Assembly (NCBI GenBank): GCA_030651475.1
Contig: JAUSEW010000018.1
Location: forward strand, 1 to 49,022
Reading direction: 5' to 3'
DNA: 49,022 nt
DNA from: Candidatus Levyibacteriota bacterium
GTDB taxonomy: Bacteria > Patescibacteriota > Microgenomatia > Levybacterales > UBA12049
Positions 8,930 through 19,269 of this stretch are shown here, one piece after another. Position 1 is the first letter of the stretch, and each line of letters begins with the position of its first letter. A program made the translations under genes and the position numbers. The notes under the pieces were generated by a model, which was given only the letters and a program-made list of their open reading frames with translations, made no database searches and was not told the origin of the DNA.

Positions 8930-9592
8930 ATGAAAAAGCTTTTTATTGTGGCTAATTGGAAATCAAATAAAGCAACGTTTGAAGCCAAAAACTGGCTCGA
9001 CGAGTTTAAGATTAATGATTTAGAGATTGAAAACAAAGAAATTGTAATTTGTCCGTCGTTTAATCTTTTATCTTTAGTTTCGTCAGAAATTAGAAATCAG
9101 AAGTTAGAAGTTAAAATTGGCGCACAGGATATTTCTCCTTTTGATGAAGGAGCATATACAGGGGAAATCAATGGGAAACAAATCGAAGAATTTGCAGATT
9201 ATGTTATTATCGGACATTCGGAAAGACGGCAATATTGTAAGGAGGATAACGAAACCTTAAATAGAAAAGTAGTAATGGCTATCAAATATAATTTGCTGCC
9301 AATCTTCTGCGTCCAAAATCAAAATACTCCTGTTCCTCCAAACGTTAAAATTGTAGCCTATGAACCAGTAAGTGCAATTGGCACCGGTAATCCTGATACT
9401 CCGGATAATGCGGAACAAGTTGCGAGAACGATAAGAGCGATTAATAAGGAAATTATATCTGTTCTTTATGGCGGGAGCGTAACATCCGAAAATATAAATA
9501 GTTTTACGAAAATGCCCAATATAGATGGAGTTTTGGTTGGAACTTCAAGTTTAGACTCCATGGAGTTTTTAAAGATCATTAATAATGCATAA
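8930..9592 (+). CDS. tpiA: Triosephosphate isomerase (short form)
   Basis: VANWKS, GAYTGE, IIGHSERR, AYEPVSAIGTG and LYGGSV; likely start MKKLFIV at 8930. Confidence 0.93.
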   Translation: MKKLFIVANWKSNKATFEAKNWLDEFKINDLEIENKEIVICPSFNLLSLVSSEIRNQKLEVKIGAQDISPFDEGAYTGEINGKQIEEFADYVIIGHSERRQYCKEDNETLNRKVVMAIKYNLLPIFCVQNQNTPVPPNVKIVAYEPVSAIGTGNPDTPDNAEQVARTIRAINKEIISVLYGGSVTSENINSFTKMPNIDGVLVGTSSLDSMEFLKIINNA

Positions 9593-10679
9593 AAAAGTAC
9601 TTATTATTTTCCTAATTCTGCTTCTGATAGTAGTTGGCAAAATAACAATCGAAGCAGTCAAATTTTCTCCATTTTTATTTCAGCTGATTTTCACTAAAGA
9701 TATAAATCTTAGCAAATCTGATGACCATTTAAACATATTGCTTTTGGGTATTGGCGGGGGAACGCATGAGGGGCCGGATCTGACAGATACGATAATTTTC
9801 GCCAGTGTCGATATGAACAACAACAAAGCAATTCTTGCATCTATTCCGAGAGATCTATGGAGTCCTGATTTAAACGCAAAAATAAATACAGCCTATTCAG
9901 GAGGAGAAGCAATAAGGAAAGGCGGCGGAATTACTCTCGCAAGCAGTGCTATTTCAAAGATATTAAATCAACCTATAAATTATACAGTTAGAATTGACTT
10001 TAAAGGATTCGTAAAAGCATTGGATATTTTGGGAGGTCTTGATGTAAACGTTGATAAAAGTTTTGATGATTATGAATATCCAATTTCAGGTAAGGAAGAT
10101 GATCTTTGCGGGCACACTCAAGAAGAAGTGTCAGCTCTTGCCACTGCATCTTCACAACTTGAAGCATTTCCTTGCCGTTATACTAATATACATTTCGATA
10201 AAGGATTACAGCATATGGATGGAAAAACTGCTTTAGAATTTGTCAGATCGCGTCATGCGCAAGGAGAAGAGGGTACTGATTTCGCAAGATCTAAGAGGCA
10301 GGAAATTATTATAAAAGCTCTTAAGGATAAAGTATTTTCCTTGCAAGTTCTGGCGAATCCAATAAAAGTAATTGGCGTTTATACTGCAATTAAAGATAGC
10401 GTAGATACCAACATAAAACAGGAGGAGCTTGATGATTTTGTCCGCTTGGCGCAAAAAATGAAAAACGTAAAAATAGAAAGCGCGGTTTTGGATTATGGCG
10501 ATGATCAAACGGGGAGACCTGGACTTTTAATAAATCCACCAATAAGTCAAGAATTTAATTATGCCTGGGTTCTTATCCCAAGAATAGGAAACGGCAACTT
10601 CTCCGAAATACAAAAATTTGTTGCGTGCAAAATAACTATTGGTAATTGTGTGATTTCCCAAAATCCCTTATTTAATTAA
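9585..10679 (+). CDS. LytR-CpsA-Psr (LCP) family transferase
   Basis: TM anchor, LTDTII, SIPRDLW, KINTAY, FVRSRH and DFARSKRQ. Confidence 0.9.
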   Translation: MHKKVLIIFLILLLIVVGKITIEAVKFSPFLFQLIFTKDINLSKSDDHLNILLLGIGGGTHEGPDLTDTIIFASVDMNNNKAILASIPRDLWSPDLNAKINTAYSGGEAIRKGGGITLASSAISKILNQPINYTVRIDFKGFVKALDILGGLDVNVDKSFDDYEYPISGKEDDLCGHTQEEVSALATASSQLEAFPCRYTNIHFDKGLQHMDGKTALEFVRSRHAQGEEGTDFARSKRQEIIIKALKDKVFSLQVLANPIKVIGVYTAIKDSVDTNIKQEELDDFVRLAQKMKNVKIESAVLDYGDDQTGRPGLLINPPISQEFNYAWVLIPRIGNGNFSEIQKFVACKITIGNCVISQNPLFN

Positions 10680-12981
10680 CCTTATAAATTTTCGTAGAGC
10701 CAGATTTAAAAATTGTTTTACCAAGTTTGGAAAATTTTTCCTCATAAAGATTTGGATATTTTTGTCGCTCCAAATCCCCAACATAGATATATGAAATATT
10801 ATATTTCTTGATTAAATTTTTAACATTATCTAATTTAGAATTATCAATGTTATTAACGGACCCTTTTATTATTAACTTTTGGTTTGGATATATTAGATTA
10901 GGATTTTCAATAGTTTTTTTGTTTAGCTCAAACAAATTTCTCCAATCTCCAAACTTAATCTCAGCAGCAATTTTAATTAGATAGTCTCCTGATTGAACGG
11001 TATAAAATTCTTCAGACGAACTATTTATATTTAATTCATATATTTTTTGAACATCCAAAATCCTTGGAGCGGGGATGTCATAAGTTCCGCGCCATAACCA
11101 CTCATGTACTGTCCAGCCCAAAACTGTCGGAAGACCTGTATTCGCAGATATTCTGGCATAGTCCGTATAGGAATCTCCTTGCGCTTCCAAAATAACAGGT
11201 TGTCCTTTGATATTTTTGTTTATCCATTGAATTGCCAAATAATCATTTGAATAAAGAGAATCTAAGTAAGATGTTCCGTTAAGTCCTTTGTAGGAATTTA
11301 ATCCTGCGTAATAAGAATTAATTGCGAAATAAGGATAAATTCCTACGAGGAATAATTCCATCACTCCAATTATTAATACTGCCAATTTTAAATAAGAATG
11401 TTTAATATCTAAAAATATTTTAAAAATTATGTATCCGGAAGAAATAGATAGCATTATGAAAGATTCGTAAACAAGTTTAAACATAGTATTTGCTCTATAG
11501 TGAGCAGGATAAATGTCTTTCAAATACACAAATTCCGGAACAATTATAAGAATTGTAGATAAGATTATTAGAATTCCAACGAAGATATCGCTAGCGTTTA
11601 GCGTATAGCGTTTAGCGTTTAGTTTTAGGAAAATAATAAATGATATAACCCAGAAATAGAAAAATCCGTAAAGGATTACTAATTGCCAAAGAGGAGATTT
11701 TTGACAGTGGTTTGGTTCGAAAAGAAAAGGACCGACATATCCAATGTCAGTCAAAAACTTTGGCGCGCAAAGAATGCCAATATTGGAGACGAAAGGCGTA
11801 AAATTTTTGGAAAAAGGAAGAGAGAAAAGAAATGTTCCTCCGATAAGAAATAAAAGATTCATATATATTCCGGATTTAGGCCTAACATAAAAAATAACAA
11901 GAGCAGTGAGCAGGAAATAGATAATTGCGTCCCAGACGTTTGTCATATACATTACCGCTAATAAAAAACTTACCAAAAATAAAGTTGGAATCTTAAAATT
12001 TTTGGAATAAAAAGATGAAAGTAAAATAGCTATCATAAGTAGAACGAAAGGTATATCGAGAACATGGCCGTGTAGATCGGAAACAACGAAAGAATAAATT
12101 GGGAATTCGTGGATAGTATTAAAAATAAAACGAGTGGCATTAGGATACCAGTATGCATTTGGGAAATTTTGAGGAGAAAATATAAGCTGCCAAAATGGGA
12201 CAGGAGCACCGTTCGTATAAGGAGTAAAAAATGAATAGATAGAGTGGATGTTTCCTCCTATAGTTGCAAGAAAAGCAATTATTAGTCCGCCGCCAATAGC
12301 GTATAGCGTATAACGTTCTCGCCCTGAGCGAAGCCGAAGGGTAGCGTTTAGTTTGGAAAGAAGGTTTATTCCGATGGAAAAGCTGGCAGTAAAGGTTAAA
12401 GAGAATAAACTTGCTATCATGAGATTATAAGTTATAGAAGAAGGGATTTGAGATATTCTTGTCAAAAGAGCAGTTACCAGATGGCCGAAATAATAATAGT
12501 TTATGGGGAATGGGGTAAACCACATATCACGCGGCGGAAAATAATCAGCCCGTAAAATGGAATTTACGAATCCAAAATCCATAAATTTCTCCAGTCCATG
12601 GATATCAGGCTGAAATCCTCTTATATATGACCAAAAGACAAGAGCTGCCAAAAAGATTGCCTCTTCAAGCAAATAGAGTCTCCAATTTTCCTTAAAATCT
12701 AATTTCGTTAAGAATTGAGTTTTTTTGGCAACAAATAGATTAATAATCAAGCAAATTACACAAACAAGAATAATAGTAGGCATTTGAAATGGAAGAACTT
12801 TTAATACCCCAAGTAAAAAAACTATATAACTTAAAACTGCTATGCCCAAAATTCTTGAGAAAATATATCCTCTGTCAGAGAAATTAGAAAAAATAATTGT
12901 AGTCAGAGGTAGAAAAATAATTCCGATAGCAAAAAACATTGGCCACCATTTAAAAACGTAAGATAAATCAGATAAAAACAT
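10672..12981 (-). CDS. DUF2298/YYY-type GT-C-like membrane protein with an inserted LysM domain
   Basis: EKFMDFGF, INYYYFGH, IHEFPIYSF..DLHGH, NTMFK and GWTVHEWLWRG; LysM at about 10864-11004. Confidence 0.85.
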   Translation of the reverse strand: MFLSDLSYVFKWWPMFFAIGIIFLPLTTIIFSNFSDRGYIFSRILGIAVLSYIVFLLGVLKVLPFQMPTIILVCVICLIINLFVAKKTQFLTKLDFKENWRLYLLEEAIFLAALVFWSYIRGFQPDIHGLEKFMDFGFVNSILRADYFPPRDMWFTPFPINYYYFGHLVTALLTRISQIPSSITYNLMIASLFSLTFTASFSIGINLLSKLNATLRLRSGRERYTLYAIGGGLIIAFLATIGGNIHSIYSFFTPYTNGAPVPFWQLIFSPQNFPNAYWYPNATRFIFNTIHEFPIYSFVVSDLHGHVLDIPFVLLMIAILLSSFYSKNFKIPTLFLVSFLLAVMYMTNVWDAIIYFLLTALVIFYVRPKSGIYMNLLFLIGGTFLFSLPFSKNFTPFVSNIGILCAPKFLTDIGYVGPFLFEPNHCQKSPLWQLVILYGFFYFWVISFIIFLKLNAKRYTLNASDIFVGILIILSTILIIVPEFVYLKDIYPAHYRANTMFKLVYESFIMLSISSGYIIFKIFLDIKHSYLKLAVLIIGVMELFLVGIYPYFAINSYYAGLNSYKGLNGTSYLDSLYSNDYLAIQWINKNIKGQPVILEAQGDSYTDYARISANTGLPTVLGWTVHEWLWRGTYDIPAPRILDVQKIYELNINSSSEEFYTVQSGDYLIKIAAEIKFGDWRNLFELNKKTIENPNLIYPNQKLIIKGSVNNIDNSKLDNVKNLIKKYNISYIYVGDLERQKYPNLYEEKFSKLGKTIFKSGSTKIYKVN
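11592..11626. repeat. Heptamer array (TAGCGTW)n
   Basis: TAGCGTT TAGCGTA TAGCGTT TAGCGTT TAGTTTT; encodes KLNAKRYTLNA. Confidence 0.9.
12297..12355. repeat. Heptamer array (TAGCGTW)n interrupted by a 24-bp REP-like element
   Basis: TAGCGTA TAGCGTA TAACGTT [CTCGCCCTGAGCGAAGCCGAAGGG] TAGCGTT TAGTTTG. Confidence 0.85.
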
Positions 12982-12986
12982 ATGTT

Positions 12987-13526
12987 TTATGTAAACATTT
13001 CCGAAAGATCTTTTATGGCAAATAAATTATCTTCTAATTCCCTGCTTTCCTTATTGTTAAGCCAAAAAAATTTTACTTTCGGATTTTTTACCGATAAATA
13101 TTGCAAAAGCTGCAAGTCATCGTCAACATAAAGATTAATCTTCAATTTTATAATAATTTTTTGCTTAAACAAATGAGGTTGGTTATTGGCGAAGTTGAAA
13201 TAAAGCCCATTAAAAATTTTGTCAAATTTATATTTTTTAATTACCTCATCCGTTCGATTTTTTAAAAACCCGAATCTACCTGATATAAGATAGTATTTAT
13301 TTGTATTTTTTCGATGAAGTTTTTTTATAATTTCGATGTTTTTTTTAATCGAGGGACGGAAAAGAGAATAATGTGAAATTAATCTTATAATCTGCTCCAC
13401 CCTAGATGGTATTCGGTATGAGAGTTCGCCATTTGCCCTTTTTTTGTATAATCTGTCAATTAGTCCATCAGGGACAAAAGGAGGATAATCAATAAAGATT
13501 TTATCCAGATCGAAACCTATATTCAT
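12987..13526 (-). CDS. HAD-superfamily phosphatase-like protein
   Basis: IGFDLD (motif I), ISGR, K, YVDDD (motif IV). Confidence 0.65.
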   Translation of the reverse strand: MNIGFDLDKIFIDYPPFVPDGLIDRLYKKRANGELSYRIPSRVEQIIRLISHYSLFRPSIKKNIEIIKKLHRKNTNKYYLISGRFGFLKNRTDEVIKKYKFDKIFNGLYFNFANNQPHLFKQKIIIKLKINLYVDDDLQLLQYLSVKNPKVKFFWLNNKESRELEDNLFAIKDLSEMFT

Positions 13527-13565
13527 AATTTGCTTTACCTTGAATAATATCTTATCATTATTTTT

Positions 13566-14606
13566 ATGAAAATTCTTATAACAGGAGGAGCCGGTTTTTT
13601 AGGTCTGCATCTTGCCTCTTTTTTTTCCAAAAAGAATCATAGGTTAACATTATTAGATATTCAGAAGTTTGACGAAAGTGAATATGCAAAAAGTTACAGA
13701 ATAGAAGTTTGCGATGTAAGGAACAAAAGCAAACTTACTAGTTTGATTAAAGATCAGGATATTGTTATTCATGCGGCCGCGGCACTTCCGCTTTGGAAAA
13801 AAGAGGATATTTATACTACAAATATCGATGGAACAAGAAATATTTTAGAGTTGGCAAAAAAACACAAAGTAAAAAGAGTCATCTATGTTTCATCAACTGC
13901 TGTTTATGGCATTCCCAAAAAACATCCTATCGTAGAGAACGATCCGAGAGTTGGGGTAGGGGCTTATGGTAAAACCAAAATTTTAGCAGAAGATCTTTGT
14001 TTTCAGGCCATTAAGGAAGGATTGAATGTTACGATTATTCGACCAAAAACTTTTGTCGGCACAGGACGCTTAGGAGTTTTTGAGATTCTTTTTGATTGGA
14101 TACACGACGGTAAAAAAATCCCAGTGTTGGGAAATGGCAACAATAGATACCAATTATTGGATGTTGACGATATCGTTAGGGCAATATATACATTCTGCCT
14201 AAAAAGCAAAAAGTCTTATAACGGCGTTTTTAATATAGGAGCGGAAAACTTTGATACAGTAAAAAATGATTTACAGGAAGTCTTTGATGTGGCTAATTCA
14301 GGATCAAAAATTTTTCCAATGTCCGCTTTTTTTCTAAAAAAAGCATTATGGTTTTTTGAAAAAATTGGAGTTTCCCCTTTGTATCAATGGGTATATGATA
14401 CTGCTGATAAAGATTCATTCGTTTCGATCGAAAAAATTAAAAAAACATTAAAATGGAAGCCTGAATATTCTAATTCCCAAGCCCTTGTTAAATCTTATCG
14501 TTGGTATCTTAAAAATTATAAAAAGATAAAATCTAAGACTTCAGGCGTTACACATACAGTTGGCTGGAAACAAGGAGTTCTTAAGTTATTTAAGTATTTC
14601 GCATAA
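13566..14606 (+). CDS. NAD-dependent epimerase/dehydratase (extended SDR)
   Basis: TGGAGFLG, VSSTAVYG and YGKTK. Confidence 0.88.
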   Translation: MKILITGGAGFLGLHLASFFSKKNHRLTLLDIQKFDESEYAKSYRIEVCDVRNKSKLTSLIKDQDIVIHAAAALPLWKKEDIYTTNIDGTRNILELAKKHKVKRVIYVSSTAVYGIPKKHPIVENDPRVGVGAYGKTKILAEDLCFQAIKEGLNVTIIRPKTFVGTGRLGVFEILFDWIHDGKKIPVLGNGNNRYQLLDVDDIVRAIYTFCLKSKKSYNGVFNIGAENFDTVKNDLQEVFDVANSGSKIFPMSAFFLKKALWFFEKIGVSPLYQWVYDTADKDSFVSIEKIKKTLKWKPEYSNSQALVKSYRWYLKNYKKIKSKTSGVTHTVGWKQGVLKLFKYFA

Positions 14607-14623
14607 CTTACCCTTTGTCTCCG

Positions 14624-16348
14624 CTATTGTTTTTTGAAGATCATCACTTTCGGGTGGTCATATACAGTGAAGGATTCGTCAGCGTTTTGGTCATTGATTG
14701 GAATATCCAACAGCGGAATTGTCGGTAGATTTTCAAATTCTGCTACCTTTTCGTATCCCAAGCGCCCGTTAAAAAGATCTTTATAATATTTTGTGGTTAT
14801 TGGATAGCAATGATAAGGAGGGAATTTTTTGCAATCAGTAAGTTTTTGTAACGGTACATATAAGCGGTTTGAGGCGATGATAATATAATCAATCTCACCA
14901 AGGTTTTTATTTATTATTTGCCATTTTTGAAAAGTGTCAGGATCATAAAGAGGAAGGGTTATGGTTTTGTATGGCGATCCTCCAAGAGGCAATTGGTCAT
15001 CCCAATGCTCAACAGCGATAGTTTTATCCAAAGGTATATTTTGGTAAATCCAATTAGATGCAAGAACTCGAGTATTAGGTTTTGTATAAATATTCATAAA
15101 AGCCAAGGGCCAAACGAGTAAGAGAATTATGAATAATGAATTAAGAATTATAGATATAGACGGATTTATTTTTAGTTTTTCTTTAACTAATGAATGTAAC
15201 TTCCAAACTAGAACTGCGGCAAAAAGAGAAAAAAGAGGATATAAGGGAAGCATGTAGCGCATCCATCCAACTGCAAATTTCCCTACAACGAAGAAATAAG
15301 TCCAAAAAAAGACTACCAAAATCAATTCCTGTGCCCACTTAGTTTTCTTCTCTTTTCTTATGGCAACAATAGTGAAATATAATGCTCCGACAAAAGACAC
15401 AATTGCTAAAATTGGTCCTTGTCCCCATAAGAAAATATTTTTTAACTCGTAAAAATATGGTATTTTTCCGACGTATTGTAGAGTATAGGGAAATGTGAAA
15501 GCGTCATAAGTCATCTGCCGCTGTTGTATTGTTTGCTGCCAAAATTCACGAAAATCTATAAGAGCATACGGCTCGACAATTATAAAGACGACGATTGCAG
15601 ATATGGCAACGACGACACCTTTTAAGATAAGCGTTTTAATAAATTTCGGTATATGAGGAAACCATATTTTGGGATGATGAAGATTTTTTAAAAAAATCAG
15701 GATGAAATCTATTGCCAATGCGAAACCGATGGATGCCAAGATTACCGTAGCGCTTATTTTTGTTCCTAAAGCAAAACCAAATGCAGCGCCTGTTATAAGA
15801 GCGTTACGTATCGTTGACTTCTCATAAAAATTTATAAGAAGATAAAGGGTGAGGAAAATAAAAAAATTTAAAAGCGTGTCAACCGCATAGAAATGAGAAA
15901 GTTGAATAGGAAGAACGCTTATCGCATAAAAGAAAGCAGAAAGATTTGCAATATATTTATTGAATAATTTTTTGCCCAAAAGGTAGATTATAAATAGAGT
16001 TCCAATATCAAAAAATGCAGAAATAAAGCGGCCGACAAGATTAATCTTTTCATACTGCGCGAACAATAGACTGCTATTGCTTATAAAAGTTCCGCTTAAT
16101 TTTAATAAATACAAGGGTAAACTTCCGTAGGCAAAAAAATGAGGATTCAAGGGGCTATTTACGGATAGAAATTCTTGTATAGATATCGGCATTTCAAGAG
16201 GTACGGTAAAAAGAGTTATCGCCCTTTCATCTGGATGCAGATGAAATCCCTGATCCCAATTAAGATCATACAATCTAAGAATAAATCCAAGAGCAAGAAT
16301 AACGACCAGAACGTAATTAATTTGTTTTATATGCCAACTTTTAATCAT
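14624..16348 (-). CDS. GT39/PMT-like GT-C glycosyltransferase
   Basis: LHPDER, NPHFFAYGSLP, GRFISA, TK, RYMLP and VYDHP. Confidence 0.82.
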   Translation of the reverse strand: MIKSWHIKQINYVLVVILALGFILRLYDLNWDQGFHLHPDERAITLFTVPLEMPISIQEFLSVNSPLNPHFFAYGSLPLYLLKLSGTFISNSSLLFAQYEKINLVGRFISAFFDIGTLFIIYLLGKKLFNKYIANLSAFFYAISVLPIQLSHFYAVDTLLNFFIFLTLYLLINFYEKSTIRNALITGAAFGFALGTKISATVILASIGFALAIDFILIFLKNLHHPKIWFPHIPKFIKTLILKGVVVAISAIVVFIIVEPYALIDFREFWQQTIQQRQMTYDAFTFPYTLQYVGKIPYFYELKNIFLWGQGPILAIVSFVGALYFTIVAIRKEKKTKWAQELILVVFFWTYFFVVGKFAVGWMRYMLPLYPLFSLFAAVLVWKLHSLVKEKLKINPSISIILNSLFIILLLVWPLAFMNIYTKPNTRVLASNWIYQNIPLDKTIAVEHWDDQLPLGGSPYKTITLPLYDPDTFQKWQIINKNLGEIDYIIIASNRLYVPLQKLTDCKKFPPYHCYPITTKYYKDLFNGRLGYEKVAEFENLPTIPLLDIPINDQNADESFTVYDHPKVMIFKKQ

Positions 16349-17987
16349 TTTTCATTTTTTTAAAGATAAAAACAGTTGGTCTATCGAATACATTTGCTGT
16401 TTCCTCGAGTGAAGAGACCGGATTTCCTAGATAGGTTATCTTGCAAAAAATATCACAAGGTGTTTCATAGACTTTTCGATAGCCTAATTTATTATTAAAC
16501 AATAAACTATAAAATTCATTTCCATTTTTGAATTTTTGTTTATTTAAAAGGCGAGTTTTCATAATCCGTTGACTTGGAAGAATTATATAGTCAGTTTTAT
16601 GAAAAAGAGAATAAAGCTCACCTAATTTATTATTATCAGGTTGTTCAAGGTCATAAAAATTAAATAAAGTAATATTTGGAAAAAATGAATTAAAGGGAAG
16701 TATTCCCAAATCGTAAACTTCACTTACGATGAGTGCGCTACTGGGAATATTTTGCTTTGCAAAGTTAACAGCAGATATCCTAGCATCACCACTCATAAAA
16801 GCAGTTTTAAAATAAGAGAAGGCAAAAATTATCGTAGACATACCTAATATCAGAAATATAATTTTAAAAAAAATCCTTATGGCATTTATTTTTACTTCTA
16901 ACAAGTTTGTTATTGATAAGGAGATTATAAGATAGATAAATGGTAAAGTCGGCATCATATATCTTGTCCACTTAGCGAATAAAAATGCTTGAGGAAGGAA
17001 TAGTATTAAGTAGCAAGTATTAAGTATTAAGTATTGGGGATTTTTAGTTTTTATTCCTTTGAGAATCAAATAAAAAAACGAGAAAATAAAAACAATTGTT
17101 AAAGCTGGATTTAGAAGAAAAGGGTAAATTTTTGTGAATTGGAAAATAATAGGAGCAGAATTAAAAAATTCACCAGTGTAGAATACGGGTAGAGTTCCCA
17201 ATGCGACTGATGATTCGTATTTTAGGCTGGATAAAAATGACCCAAAATCCAAAAATGCGAAAGGAGAAGTTAAAAATAATATAATTATTGCCGGAATAAA
17301 AACTATTAATGAATCAACGATTAAACCCTTTATTAGAGGTAATGGTTTTAGTCTATTTTTAAGATTATTTATTAAAACTAAAAATAGAATATATAAAAAA
17401 ATAAAACCTCCTGATATTTTCGTAGATAATAAAAGCCCAAAAATAATACCTATTATCAAAAGCAGTTTCTTGTTGCCCGAGTTTAAAAATAATAAAGAAA
17501 GATAAAAGATAACTAACGATAAGAATGTTATCCACGTTTCAAATGTAGAGAAATGGGCGAATTGAATAAGCCCAATACTAAAGGTAGCCAAAAAGGCGGA
17601 AAAAATTCCTGTTTTTTTATCTTTTAATGTTTTTCCTGTAATGTAAATTAGGGGAATAATTAACAGAGAAAGAAGAGCAGAATAAAATCTTCCTATAATA
17701 ATTGATTCTTCAAAAGATGCTTGGGTTATAGGTTTTAAAGAAAAAATTACATTGATTATTATAGTACTAAAATAATTTAAGTATATTGGAAAATTTCCGT
17801 AGGCAAAAAAATGAGGATTCATTTGTAGAGGAAAATTAAGTTGAGAAGCCGCAGAAGCAATATTACGTTCATCCGGGTGGAAATAAAAAGGAGCGCCCCA
17901 ATTAAGATTATAAAATCTTAAAAACCCGCCAATTAATATTAATAAAATTATTATTAATGTTTCCTTATTTTTTAAGAAATTTTTCAT
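16341..17987 (-). CDS. GT39/PMT-like GT-C glycosyltransferase, paralogue of its neighbour
   Basis: FHPDER, NPHFFAYGNFP, RYMMP and VFDRP. Confidence 0.82.
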   Translation of the reverse strand: MKNFLKNKETLIIILLILIGGFLRFYNLNWGAPFYFHPDERNIASAASQLNFPLQMNPHFFAYGNFPIYLNYFSTIIINVIFSLKPITQASFEESIIIGRFYSALLSLLIIPLIYITGKTLKDKKTGIFSAFLATFSIGLIQFAHFSTFETWITFLSLVIFYLSLLFLNSGNKKLLLIIGIIFGLLLSTKISGGFIFLYILFLVLINNLKNRLKPLPLIKGLIVDSLIVFIPAIIILFLTSPFAFLDFGSFLSSLKYESSVALGTLPVFYTGEFFNSAPIIFQFTKIYPFLLNPALTIVFIFSFFYLILKGIKTKNPQYLILNTCYLILFLPQAFLFAKWTRYMMPTLPFIYLIISLSITNLLEVKINAIRIFFKIIFLILGMSTIIFAFSYFKTAFMSGDARISAVNFAKQNIPSSALIVSEVYDLGILPFNSFFPNITLFNFYDLEQPDNNKLGELYSLFHKTDYIILPSQRIMKTRLLNKQKFKNGNEFYSLLFNNKLGYRKVYETPCDIFCKITYLGNPVSSLEETANVFDRPTVFIFKKMKND

Positions 17988-19263
17988 TTTTGTTTATTAT
18001 TTTAGCGATTTTTTCTCCAAGCTCTACTGCATAATTTGTTCCTCTATCCCAAGGGTAAACTTGTTGGATATTAGCAAGATATACATTGGGAATTGGAGTT
18101 TCAAAAGGAGGCATTATTTTTGAATAATTAATCGGGATAATAGGTTGTGAAAAAGGAGCCTTAAAGAGCTGATAACTGATAATAGATAGTTTATAGTTAG
18201 GATTTATTTTTTTCAAAAAAGGATCATAGATTTTCAATAATGCTTCAGAGCCCATTTTCATATGCGGATGATCATAAGGCAAATAGTTTCCTAAATAGAT
18301 TATATGTTCATTATTATAATATTTTTTATCCATAAAATTTGTATGTTCGACAACAGCCATTATGGGTGAGTTTTTTTCGCATATACTTAACCAATACGTA
18401 CCGTCTTCTAAAAACTGTTTTTTTAAACGTAATACAAGATTTAAAGAACCCAATCCTTTAAGATTTGTTAACTTATTTTTATAATCATTTGGAAGTTGAG
18501 GCGCAATTTTAATAAACGAGAAAGAAGGTAGAGTAACAACGACTGCATCAAATGTTAGCGTATAGCGTTTAGCGTCTAGCGTATAGTTAATTGAAAGTTT
18601 TTCATTTCTTTTTAGTTCAGTTACTTCTGTATTAAAAAAAACTTTTCCTCCATTTTGTTTAATTTTTTCAACAAGAGCATTTGCGAAGTTTAAAAATCCT
18701 CCTTCCGGATAGGCAAGGGAAGAAGTTCTTTTTACCAGTCTAGCCCAAAACCATGCAAGAGATATGTCATTAGCGTATTTGCCGAATTTATTAATAAGCT
18801 GAGGTTCCCAAATTTTCTCGTAAGCATTTTTTCCCATTGTTTTAGAAAGAAAGTCCGCAGCTTTTATTTTTTCAAGAGGTTTCCAAAAGGGGTTATAACG
18901 AAGCAGCCCGATAACTGCCGCCATTCTCAATTTTTCGTATAAATTAAGCTTTGGGAAGATCAAAACTTTATTTAAAGAATCAAGTTGATAAATATTACTA
19001 TCCAAATAAACAGAAGTTTTTGACCTTTTTATTAAAAATTTATAACCAATTTCTTTTGCAAACCCTAAAACACTTTTGTCATTTGTAAACCAATGATGGT
19101 AGTGTTTTTCCAAAGACCACTCCCACTCTTTTTGAGAAAATCCTACCGCAAGTCCTCCAGGACTATCATCTTTTTCAAATAGAGTAACTTGATGATTTTT
19201 TTTCGTAAGATAATAAGCTGCGGACAGACCTGTAAATCCAGCTCCTATAATTGCTATCTTCAT
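17965..19263 (-). CDS. FAD-dependent oxidoreductase (amine oxidase/protoporphyrinogen oxidase-like fold)
   Basis: IAIIGAGFTGLSAAY, LEKHYHHWF and YPWDRGTNYAV. Confidence 0.8.
   Translation of the reverse strand: MKIAIIGAGFTGLSAAYYLTKKNHQVTLFEKDDSPGGLAVGFSQKEWEWSLEKHYHHWFTNDKSVLGFAKEIGYKFLIKRSKTSVYLDSNIYQLDSLNKVLIFPKLNLYEKLRMAAVIGLLRYNPFWKPLEKIKAADFLSKTMGKNAYEKIWEPQLINKFGKYANDISLAWFWARLVKRTSSLAYPEGGFLNFANALVEKIKQNGGKVFFNTEVTELKRNEKLSINYTLDAKRYTLTFDAVVVTLPSFSFIKIAPQLPNDYKNKLTNLKGLGSLNLVLRLKKQFLEDGTYWLSICEKNSPIMAVVEHTNFMDKKYYNNEHIIYLGNYLPYDHPHMKMGSEALLKIYDPFLKKINPNYKLSIISYQLFKAPFSQPIIPINYSKIMPPFETPIPNVYLANIQQVYPWDRGTNYAVELGEKIAKIINKNEKFLKK
18556..18590. repeat. Heptamer array (TAGCGTN)n
   Basis: TAGCGTA TAGCGTT TAGCGTC TAGCGTA TAGTTAA; encodes NYTLDAKRYTL. 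Confidence 0.9.
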
Positions 19264-19269
19264 AAAGAC

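Noticed and set aside
11592-18590. TAGCGT arrays as CRISPR or DGR repeats
   Set aside because: Units are 7 bp with no spacers; no cas or reverse transcriptase gene and no adenine-specific TR/VR pair seen.
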